From: Epithemia pelagica | Lineage: Eukaryota > Protista > Bacillariophyta | NCBI GenBank assembly: GCA_946965045.2 | Contig: OX337242.1 | Location: 2,356,001 to 2,420,000, forward strand | DNA: 64,000 nt | Direction: 5' to 3' | Shown here: positions 9,758-19,481 of the stretch, one piece after another | Layout: the number at the start of each line of letters is the position of its first letter | How positions within the stretch are numbered: the stretch's first letter is position 1 | The notes under the pieces: generated by a model | Databases searched by the model: none | What the model was told of the DNA's origin: nothing | What the model saw: the letters and a program-made list of their open reading frames with translations, nothing else | Position numbers and translations under genes: made by a program

Positions 9758-10820
9758 TCCAGTGTCTACCTCGTCGTCCCAGTCAAACACCTCGTTTTTC
9801 TCGTGGACCTCCTCCCAGTCGCCTACCGCTCGACTTTCAACCTCAAATGATGACTTTGATCAAGGATTGGATGGGAGGAGCAGCAGTATCCTAGATACTG
9901 TGCCCCCCATGACCTACCAAGAACGACGGATCGAAGGACTCCGCGCTAGGTTCGGCTTCAGCACACCAAAGGACACGCCTCCAGTGGTGGTCTATGGCGA
10001 AAACGACCTAGAGGAACTAACCCCGACCGACCCCTTGACTACTGATGAGTTTGATACGAGCGACCAGGTGCGAGTGGAGGGAGTTTAGACTACACCAGGC
10101 CGGCGCGTTAGCGAACGAAAGTAGAATACTTCCGAAAACCTAGGTTGATAGATGGAAACTAAACTAACCTTCACACTCTTTGCTGTTTCGGTTTTCTGAT
10201 TTTGGTATATAATTTATATGTTCGATCTCGTATTCCTGACGACCTGTGATAAAAAAGGGACGAATTGGAAGCACCTACTTTCATCCCGTACCGGTTGATC
10301 CTTATATGCCTCCTAGGAGAGCGCGAGGGCCAGGACGCTATATTGGAATGTCAAAGGGACCAGAGTTGCCGGCACAATGCTGTGGTCGGACCATTTTGAC
10401 CTCACCATGGTCAATCAGGGCACCTTTTTCTGAGGTGCTTTGACTTCCGTCGCCAAATATTTTGTACTTTTCGTATAGTAGTGTAGAGGCGCGCATGTCA
10501 TTCTATATGATCCCCCATATTATTCTAAGATTTTGATACTCCGAATGAGCCAGCCGTCCCCCTGTAGGTTTGTACTGGATTATACGTGAATTTTTAATGC
10601 GACTAAAATAACCAAAAACCAATTGGTGCAACAAAGGGTTTCCAGAGGGAGTACCTAGCTAGAGGGGACTCAGAGACTACTAGAGACTAGTGGGCCAATC
10701 GCCCCTGTGAATCACGATCAACCAGGACTCACCATTCCGCTAAACACAAACAACAACAAACGAAGGCATCGACAGAAGACAAAGAGGCAATCTTGAACGA
10801 GGTCTCACGATTTTACCAGC

Positions 10821-12641
10821 ATGTCGTCGTCGTCGTCGTCGTCAATCCAGTATGAAACAGCAACGCTTAATTGCGCAGACATTGACTTGGGTGCAGCAGG
10901 CCTAGTGGAGGGGGAGTGTATCGAGACCGAAACTTTTTTTTCACCCCTCGCCCCTCCTACTAAGATGAAGGAGCAATTCTTCCCCAAAAATTCGATCTAC
11001 ATTCGAAAAGAAATGTGTGAAGTGTTCCAGGAACTCACCAAGATGGATCGAAAACTAAGACAGGTTTTAATCGGTTCACCTGGTGTTGGAAAAAGCGTAT
11101 TAATATTCTTGGTGGCACTGTACCGTGCCCTGTACGAGGAGAAGCCTGTCTGCTTCATTCGCAAGACGAGGGATGTTGGAGAGTTCACGAGCGTGTTTTT
11201 TATGAGGAAGAAGGATAAAAGCGACAAAGAGAATAAGGAGATTACGATTCGCTACAGTCGAATATTGCAAGGAAACTTGGGAGTCGACGATGTGCTGGCG
11301 GACGTTCTACAGAAGCATATGGCGATCAACCGTTCGGATGCCCAGGTTCACGTTATGTCTAACAATGTTCTCTTGTTCATTGATGGTCTACACGAAGGCG
11401 ACCAAGATCTGTACCTACCACACCATTACCTAGCGACAAGCGGTGGACATGACGTACCTCAAGGAGAAAGTGCGACATCTTCAGCTCTCGTCGTTCTTAG
11501 TGGCTGGGAAAAGACGGACCTGCAAAAAGCGCTCGAATTGACTTCGGATATTCTAGACAACCATGAACCATCTGGCATCGACGACGTTGCAGCAGCGGCG
11601 CCAGCAGTCGATGGGGTTGCAAGAGCGGCGTCACCGGCCCCAGCAGCAGCAACAACGAAATGTGATGATGAAATGGAAGGTCTTGAAGAAGCCGATGCAG
11701 ATGGCGATGACGGCGACAAATCTGCTTCTAGCTATTCTCCCGATGAAGTTTTTGAGGATATTTTCTATCATACTGGTGGCCGGATCCGGGAGGCGTTAAA
11801 GTACGCTCAGAACCCAGACATATGGAAGGCCGATACGACGGCGACGGTGAATGCGATATCCAAGAATCAGGCAATGCTAAGTATTGTTGACACAAAAGGA
11901 AGTGGAGACAAAAAAAGCCCCGATCGTGTTCGAACCATGTTCCGAATCCCTGTTGTGACATCCAGCTGGACCTACTTTGGATCTGCTTATCAGGTTGTGG
12001 ACTCACAGTTTGTCGCACGTCTCTTGCGGGACCGGGTCGGCCTGGAAAATTACTACAATGCCTATATGGAATCCAAAGAGAAAGGGCTGGCAAGTGCAGC
12101 GGGATGCCACTTTGAGGAGCTTCTCCATCAGCTTTTCTACAAACGTCCAAGCCCTATATCTGGCATTCTCCAGAGCAAGGGGACCGGTGTAGAGGGAGTT
12201 AATCAACTCTCCGACTTTCTGGTTTACTGGATTCCAAGTGTACCCAATTTCGCAAACATCGATGCAGCCCTTCTTACCAAGGATCCCAATGACAACGTAA
12301 CAGTTTGGTGCTTTCAGTATACTATTTCCGCTGAGCACACCTTCAACCCTCGAACGTTTAGGACCAAGTTCCTCCGACCTCTGTTACAGACGTTTAAGCT
12401 CCAATCAGATTGTGTGTCGGTCAAGATCGCCTTTGTTGTCCCGGATGATGTTCATTTGTCATTCCGACGGCCGGAAGAGGTTGACGAAGAGGGTTATGAA
12501 GGATTGACTGTAGCTGTGGATTGTAGTTCGGTCGAAACGGTCAAAGATTTCTTTGATCATGAGGAACTGGGATGCATCGACAACCCGGTCAGATTCTTTG
12601 ACGATCCGGAGCGAGTCACCAAAGCATTGCGACGTTCGTAA
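10821..12641 (+). CDS. Crinkler/RHS-type NTPase+REase protein (copy 2)
   Basis: Same 606-aa protein as copy 1 with five amino-acid differences. Confidence 0.75.
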   Translation: MSSSSSSSIQYETATLNCADIDLGAAGLVEGECIETETFFSPLAPPTKMKEQFFPKNSIYIRKEMCEVFQELTKMDRKLRQVLIGSPGVGKSVLIFLVALYRALYEEKPVCFIRKTRDVGEFTSVFFMRKKDKSDKENKEITIRYSRILQGNLGVDDVLADVLQKHMAINRSDAQVHVMSNNVLLFIDGLHEGDQDLYLPHHYLATSGGHDVPQGESATSSALVVLSGWEKTDLQKALELTSDILDNHEPSGIDDVAAAAPAVDGVARAASPAPAAATTKCDDEMEGLEEADADGDDGDKSASSYSPDEVFEDIFYHTGGRIREALKYAQNPDIWKADTTATVNAISKNQAMLSIVDTKGSGDKKSPDRVRTMFRIPVVTSSWTYFGSAYQVVDSQFVARLLRDRVGLENYYNAYMESKEKGLASAAGCHFEELLHQLFYKRPSPISGILQSKGTGVEGVNQLSDFLVYWIPSVPNFANIDAALLTKDPNDNVTVWCFQYTISAEHTFNPRTFRTKFLRPLLQTFKLQSDCVSVKIAFVVPDDVHLSFRRPEEVDEEGYEGLTVAVDCSSVETVKDFFDHEELGCIDNPVRFFDDPERVTKALRRS

Positions 12642-13547
12642 GACTGAGACCTGTGAAGGTAGCTACAGGAGGCCCTGACTGAGACTTGTAGTTGCCTTCT
12701 CACGATGCCGGGGCTCAAGTTGTGCGGAATCGTGACCTGATTCCACATTGTAACGTCATGGTTGTTCTGACTTCATGCCTCGTCTCCCTATCCAGCGGCG
12801 GCAGTGTGTTGTCTTTGGGTGTCATTGTGTGCCACTTGGGCAGAAGAACTTCGAGGTATTCGAAGTTCGAAGGGTTAGTTTTACGAGTACGGAGTACGGA
12901 TAGTTAATTTATAGAGGCTTAAATAATAATGAATTCCACACAGTCACGATTCACGATTCATTCGGTCACAGTTTGAAGGCAGGAATCTCATGTGGCAAAA
13001 GGACCTAGTCTACGGATATGATCTTGTTCATGTTCATGGACTGTGCATGAACAACTCTTATGCGGCCATCCATTCCTTCCATGTGATCCTGATTTCGCGT
13101 TGTGCCGATTCCAAGGCCGCTCCCAGTGCGATTTGGAGTGGAAGGAATGATCCATGCATGCTTTTGGGGACGACTGCCTCCAAGAGAGATGATGGACCGT
13201 TTCTCGAACCACCCATCCGCCGTTTCATCCATGCAAAACCAATCTCCGATCTCGTCCGAATATCGCGGAACTCATACTGGGGATCGAGCAGCGCGCGACA
13301 CAAGCATTCCCGTAGAACATATACCTACAGTTCCACGTACACTTGTCGCCGCACAAGATGCAAAACCAGTCTCTTCGGAGTCAATCGTAAACCTTCGTTG
13401 CGTTGCGGTTTGCAAATCTCTTTTGCCTTGTCCATCTTGGCACAAACATTCATCTTGTTCTCATAAAATTTGCTCCTTCCCAAATCAAACATCACTTTGA
13501 CCAGGCAATCGTGTGCATCCAAACTCCTGCCAATCAATTAAATCGCA

Positions 13548-14750
13548 ATGACTTCACGCACTGTTCCACTTCCCACCATTACACCGACCAAGCCTCGCTT
13601 TGTGGGCTCATCAGCATCGGCTGAAAATGAAGGAAATCCCCTCAAGACGCACAAAGTTTCCTCGTGGGATGACGAGAGCATTCTCCTGGCTGCACAACAA
13701 ATAGTCTCTGAGCAATCCGATGCTGAGCTCAAGACCAACGAATTGGTGGACATGTTCGATTTCACCGATAATGACATGCGGTTTCCCCCGAATCCCCGAC
13801 ATCTGCCCAAAAACTTTGTGTCCTTTCCAATCAAAAAGTCACCGTTTCCCACAGCAGCCAATAACGACAATGATTCATCTGTTCAAGAAGATGACTCGAT
13901 TAGTCAAGATTTCGACGACTCTTGGGAATCAGAAGAGGATTCGAATGCTGCTGATCTCGATAAATCGTGGGAATCAGACGCCGATTTGAGTGCTCAGAAT
14001 TTCGACGACGCTGGGGAATCACAAACCATGAATGAGACATACAAGGACGATCGCTTATATTGCTTTCCAACGCCCGAGACTTCCCGAAAAACCAAGAAGC
14101 CCATTCATCCGAAACATATTCGATGCGTTACACCCATCAAGGGCAAGCGCCTTCTATTTCAGTCCCGGATGGCCACAACTCTAAAGGGCAAGAGACTTCC
14201 ACAACCAGAATCCCGGGAACCCCACCCTGATACCTGGGAAGAACTGTCTCAAGAAGGCACCCTCAAGCGTGATCATGACGCGTCTGCTCGATGGGAGACA
14301 CCCACTTTCGTCCATGATTCGTCCATTGTCGGCAATGCTAAAGATAACGTCACTCCGAGTGACATGGGTATCAAGAGTACATTCCTCGGTACCCTCGACA
14401 AAAAGCTTCAGCACCATCAATTGCCATGGACGGTAGAGGAAGAAGAAATTATTCGTGAGTACCGCAAAAAGAACATCAAGTACTCTGTCATACAAGCCCA
14501 ACTTCCAGGTCGAACTTGTATCGAGATTCGAGATCACTTTGAGAACGTGATTGACCCCAATCTCCTCAAAACGCCTCTCACCATTCAGGAGAAGCTGATT
14601 ATTTTGGAGAAACGACAAAGATTTGGAAACCGCTGGAATCTTATATCCACATTTTTGCCAAGAAGGTCCGTGGACCAAATCGAAAAGTTCTGGCTGAATA
14701 CCAAACTCTCTGAACGACGTCGTTTCCGAACAAGCGGCAAAAGTGAGTGA
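13548..14750 (+). CDS. R2R3-type Myb protein (copy 2)
   Basis: Translation reads identical to 4015..5217. Confidence 0.85.
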   Translation: MTSRTVPLPTITPTKPRFVGSSASAENEGNPLKTHKVSSWDDESILLAAQQIVSEQSDAELKTNELVDMFDFTDNDMRFPPNPRHLPKNFVSFPIKKSPFPTAANNDNDSSVQEDDSISQDFDDSWESEEDSNAADLDKSWESDADLSAQNFDDAGESQTMNETYKDDRLYCFPTPETSRKTKKPIHPKHIRCVTPIKGKRLLFQSRMATTLKGKRLPQPESREPHPDTWEELSQEGTLKRDHDASARWETPTFVHDSSIVGNAKDNVTPSDMGIKSTFLGTLDKKLQHHQLPWTVEEEEIIREYRKKNIKYSVIQAQLPGRTCIEIRDHFENVIDPNLLKTPLTIQEKLIILEKRQRFGNRWNLISTFLPRRSVDQIEKFWLNTKLSERRRFRTSGKSE

Positions 14751-16410
14751 CTTCTTGCGGGTAGAAGTGTGGCTCAAGAGAAACGGGAAACGAATGACAA
14801 GGGTATGTACTGTAGTAGAGGCTATTGCCGTATGCATATCAAAATGAAAAAGCAAAATAGAGGATTCTTGATTTCACAACATTGAGTCTTGTAGTCATTT
14901 TTCTTCGCGTGAAAGTATTTTTCGGACCGATTTGTATGTGTGGAATGAAATTGATGGGAAGCAAAAAGTGCTGGGGATGATATTGGCCTATGCCTCCAAC
15001 GGCAGGTCGTTCGAATGAAACCAGCTCGAACGTTGCTGCTGCTGACAGATACTGGATCAAGCTGGCCCGTATCTGCATCGAAGAATGAATCTTGCACGCT
15101 TACAACAATGACCAAATCGGCTGGAAAAATCCATTGTGCTCCCACTGGAAGTTGCCTACCGTAATCTTCCGCAGAAACATTTCGGACCAGGGAAAGATAG
15201 GATGAAGCATTGACTGGTTTTACCCGAACACGGCGAGCCCATTGTGCGGCAAAGGCCGGAAAATCGGCTCATTGAGAGGGAATCTCAACTCTGAGAGCGG
15301 CATTCTAAGGGGCATCAACCCGCATTCTCTTGACATAGGGGGTCCACATGCATCATTGAGTGTCTGTTTGAAAGGACTGTATTTGTTTTTTTTCATGAAA
15401 GGGTTCAAATGACAGATCTTTGCTTGCCAAAGCCGGTGGAACAAAAGTGAGGGTATCTTTTTTAGGTATCTTTCCGGAAGACTTCTCAGCGTCTGTAGTG
15501 TATTTGTATTGATTTAAAAGGGTGCGATTGGGGGGGTACCTTTGTTCGTCCGTCATCCGAAAGGAAAAAAATTGTCTCGTATTTTTTCCCAAAGCGCCAG
15601 CCGGGTGATATCGCCAGCCTCTCTTCGATCGTTCGAAATCGACGCGCCGGTCACGCCTTGTATATCGTCTCACTTTTCGAGCAACACCACAAAAGACGAC
15701 CATGAGCACACCAAAAACCAAAAGAAAACCATCCAGCCGGACGAACGACCACAGTGACAACTTTATGGTCAAAACCATCCACCTAGATCACAAGTGAAGG
15801 CAGAATGCATCAACCTAGATCACAAGTGAAGGCATAATGCATCAAAGGAAGGATGACAACATGAAACATGACAATCAACCACTGCAATGAACAATCAACC
15901 ACTGCAATGATGAAGCGAAGGTTTGACAGCGTCATCATGGGGTATGTAAGCCCAGGAAGCAGGAAGCCTAAACTAGTAGTGGACTATGCTTTTACCTTTC
16001 CCATAGACAAAGTGCCAGGAGCTTGTGTTGATACTCCTCGAGGTGCATTGCACCATGTGTGTGTATTTCATGGTTTGGTGTGTGTGTGTGATGATTCCGT
16101 GAAGATTGATCCACTACTGCGTAAAGAGTACTCGCTTCTGAAACAGTATAGACTATAGAGTACAAAATGGGCTTGTAGATTTCTTTGTGCATGTCTCGTC
16201 AAGTCTCACGGCTCACGCCGGTTCCTGTTTCCCATTCATGAGCGCAAGCGGCTACACAATAGGGCGAAGCCAGTTATTACAGTTGGCTTGGACGTTATAA
16301 TAATGTGCTAAATCAAAAGAAATTTGAAAGAAATAAGTTTTCCATTTTTTAGGAATATTTGGGAATAACCGTATGGACAGCAGACGGGAGGTACCCCCGC
16401 AATCGGAGGG

Positions 16411-16468
16411 AAAAATCGTGTTTTTTTTAACCCCCCCCAAATAGGGGGGTAAAAAAAACACGATTTTT
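16411..16468. repeat. Hairpin at the outer edge of the right arm
   Basis: AAAAATCGTGTTTTTTTT / AAAAAAAACACGATTTTT is an 18-bp perfect stem, extended by C6/G6 around a short loop. Confidence 0.9.
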
Positions 16469-16808
16469 TTTCAAAATTTTTGGGAAAAAAATTCCATGGC
16501 TCGAAAATGGGCTCTCACAGTCTTGTTTTTTCAAGTATCGCAGTGTCTCTTGTGTCTTCTTCTCCTGGAAAGGAACGTGGCCATTGGCCATTGCCTTCTC
16601 TCCCGAAAATACCAAAAAATCTGACTCTACTCCCTCCGAACCAAGTTGGATGCTCCGAGGCACATGGACCCCACAATCTCAAATGTCAGTGACAGCTGCG
16701 TCTGCTCTGGTGTTCCTCCACAACAACACTATAGGTAAGATAAAGGTTCAGCGTCTACTACTAGCATTCTGTACATCCAATTTACAGGGGCCTACGCATT
16801 CCCTTTTT

Positions 16809-17840
16809 TTACAGTATCTGCGGTGCGCGGTCATCGTGGAGGATTTCCGATTCCGGCTCCTCTGCGGCTTCCCTGGTGGTTGTGGTGCTTGTTTTGGTGT
16901 GTCGAATTCTTCGTCTTGTTGCTGCCATGAAAATAAGGATCCAAGGAACGGTACATAGAATGACGCACAAGGCCACGACCACCACCAGGTAGGCGGGATC
17001 GTCATCGTCATTGTCATTGTCTTGGGAGGAACGATTCAAGGAATCAAACTCCAAGACGGTCGTTCCATTCACACTCAGCGACACTTGTTCCGTGGCAAAT
17101 CCAGCCTCGTTCAATTCTTGCATCAACAAGTCCATGCTCTGTGGATTGTCCAAGGTAGATTTGACAACAGTTTCGGTGGGTGTTGTTGCCGTGGGTGGTG
17201 CCGGTCCAGTCCAGGTTCCACCCACTGTGAGGTAGACTTCGCGGCTTGGGACAAAGACCTCGGTCGAGGACGTCCAGTTGAAATTTCCAGTGGCAAAAGT
17301 CAACGAGGACAGTTGGTCGTCCACAAACGACAGGACGACTTGGCGAAGTTGCGTGTAGTCGCTCCTCTCGGTCGTGGCCGAATTCGGCAAGACAAACCAA
17401 AACTCGACGGCCGGCAATTCCAGTACCACGACCGGAGAGGTCGGCCTTGTGCTGGGCGAAATGGTCGGACCGGTTTCGAACGAGGATGTGTCGATCGAGA
17501 CTGGCGATGCCGTGGGTGGTTCCGGTGACGGTGTGGTGGCCGTAGGACTCCTGGAAGGCGAACGACTGGGCAGTTCGGAAGGACCTGTGGTGGGCAACCG
17601 AGACGGAAGTTGCGAGGGTTGGTAGGATGGGAGCAATGACGGCATCCTGGATGGAACCACCGAGGGAGAATTTGTGGCATCTTTGTTCTTGTTGTCGTTT
17701 TTGGTGTCATCCTTTTCTTTTTCTTCCTTGCCGTCCACAACAGGCACAAAGAATGCCACCCAAACCCAAAGAACTAGAACCAGAAAGATCCTTTCCAACC
17801 TGGGCTTGCGGCCACTTTTGAATAGCACTACTGTCTTCAT
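16809..17840 (-). CDS. Type I membrane protein with Pro/Ser/Thr-rich mucin-like stalk
   Basis: Likely start MKTVVLF; hydrophobic signal segment IFLVLVLWVWVAFFVPVVDG; PSxxPS repeats; globular segment; TM helix AYLVVVVALCVILCTVPWILIF followed by basic RRRIR. Confidence 0.75.
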   Translation of the reverse strand: MKTVVLFKSGRKPRLERIFLVLVLWVWVAFFVPVVDGKEEKEKDDTKNDNKNKDATNSPSVVPSRMPSLLPSYQPSQLPSRLPTTGPSELPSRSPSRSPTATTPSPEPPTASPVSIDTSSFETGPTISPSTRPTSPVVVLELPAVEFWFVLPNSATTERSDYTQLRQVVLSFVDDQLSSLTFATGNFNWTSSTEVFVPSREVYLTVGGTWTGPAPPTATTPTETVVKSTLDNPQSMDLLMQELNEAGFATEQVSLSVNGTTVLEFDSLNRSSQDNDNDDDDPAYLVVVVALCVILCTVPWILIFMAATRRRIRHTKTSTTTTREAAEEPESEILHDDRAPQIL

Positions 17841-18446
17841 GATGATGATGATGATGATGATGACATGGGAGTCGTTTGGTGTTGCTCCGGTGAGATGTTT
17901 GAGACGCTTCGTCGGGTGTCGCTGGGTGGCACTCGCAAAATTGTCGGGTTGCGGCAATTTTTTTGTGAGAGAAGAGGGCTTCCCACTCCCCACAGGATTC
18001 ATGACGTTTGACATAAGTATTGACGTGTTCCGGATGCCGACCGCCTCTCACAACAAACACTCCACGGATTCCAACGGATCTCGACAAGACCAAAATTTAC
18101 TCCTAAGTAATTTATAGCCTGGACGCGCGCGGCGAGTCTGGCGTTGCAGCTTTTGGTCGCGGAACGGGTGGGGCCGCCCTTGGCACGACCGCCTCATCAT
18201 GGATGGGATGGCATGAATGGAATGGGAACGACAAGAGCCCAATCCAAAAAACTCAGCGTGCCAGATTGGAACGAATGGGTTTCGCCCCACAACAAAACCT
18301 ATACACTCCCTTCACGTTAGCACAATTCTTCCCTTCTCACCACCAACCCCACCTGCTCTGCGGTACAGCCGCTTATTAGCAACACCAAAAGTATTACCAA
18401 TAAATTAAAAAAACAAGGATGTCACGACTTGTCCCTCCTCATTCTC

Positions 18447-19052
18447 ATGAGCATGACGAACAAAATCGACATGCTTCGTAAAGTGACTGCTGCCGTTTTG
18501 CTGTCTTGGATCTGCTTGCAATTCTACTCGAGTGCTGCCATCAGCGACAACAACGACAAGAACAACACCATGGGCTTTTTCTCCCGACTGATTCCCCAAT
18601 CGGACATTCCCACCAGTGCCACACAGCCTGTTCCCAAGGGATCCAGGAATTCGATTCGAACCACCTGGACAGCTCCGTCCTCGGTCACTACGGCCCAACA
18701 GGCGGCGGCCGACGTCCACGCCGCCTTTTCGGCCTATCCGCAAGAGGGGCAGGCCGGTGTTGACAAGGGCGGATGGAAGCTGGTGGATGGCTCGTTCGAG
18801 ACGGGAACCGTTCGAGTGGAATTCACATCGGCGGGCAACGGCTGGTTGGCCCGACTCTTGAATGGAGGCAAGGGATTTGTGGATGATGTCTTGGTCGAAC
18901 TTGTGGCGGACAATCCTGGGTGGCGTGCCGAAGTACGATCGAGCAGCCGCATGGGCAAGTCCGACCTGGGCGTCAATCAAAAACGGCTCGTCTTTTTGGC
19001 CAACCAAATGAGTCAACAGGGATGGGAGGCCCCCAAACCAGAGTATCCGTAG
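18447..19052 (+). CDS. DUF1499-family protein with N-terminal targeting signal
   Basis: GFVDDV...EVRSSSRMGKSDLGVNQKR matches the DUF1499 signature (FVDD...RSxSRxGxSDxGVNxxR). Confidence 0.8.
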   Translation: MSMTNKIDMLRKVTAAVLLSWICLQFYSSAAISDNNDKNNTMGFFSRLIPQSDIPTSATQPVPKGSRNSIRTTWTAPSSVTTAQQAAADVHAAFSAYPQEGQAGVDKGGWKLVDGSFETGTVRVEFTSAGNGWLARLLNGGKGFVDDVLVELVADNPGWRAEVRSSSRMGKSDLGVNQKRLVFLANQMSQQGWEAPKPEYP

Positions 19053-19481
19053 TGAGGCAGACCTATTATGTGCCCTTTGGACCACAGACAATGGAATGCC
19101 AACAGACGAACCAGTTTGGAAGTTTGGTGGGAATACTTTTAGTATAGTGCTCTAGAGTGTTTCCGAATTGGACTACCTAGAAAAAAGAGTAACAAGAGTG
19201 TTCTTCTTCTTCGTCTTGTCCTGCATCGTAGCAACCCCAAATTGGCAGCAGGAACCAGAGACGAAGAAACTACAGGTAGAAACTACAGTCATGATGCGCA
19301 CCAAATGTGTGCCAGCCAAACACAGTTTGTTCGGTTCGAGCCATGTCGTCCTAGAGCCAAACATGTCTGGATGATGATGATGATGATGATGAAAATCCTC
19401 GCCGGTCGGGGCAAAACAGTTCGTTCCTAACGTTCCAGGAGTGTGTGTGGTCTTGTGTGTGTGATTGGTTCTTCACTACTC

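Larger units (their letters stand above)
8640..10088 (+). pseudogene. Penelope-like GIY-YIG endonuclease C-terminal fragment (interrupted by N gap)
   Basis: YDRFTNIREHFQGDLNSKL...DCNCRNREACPYGGFCRRSIVVYKATCLKTGKQYIGNTQQHVKKRIQQH (VVY...YIG GIY-YIG signature) and CKLCAREHLEI. Confidence 0.85.
8127..10106. mobile_element. 5'-truncated Penelope-like retroelement with inverted copy of its 3' end
   Basis: 8127-8638 is the reverse complement of ~9593-10106. The plus-strand part encodes the CNC...C linker and GIY-YIG endonuclease; no RT domain is retained. Confidence 0.85.
10649..16410. repeat. Right arm of ~5.8 kb inverted duplication
   Basis: Reverse complement of 2348-8126 with a few SNPs and small indels. 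Confidence 0.95.
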
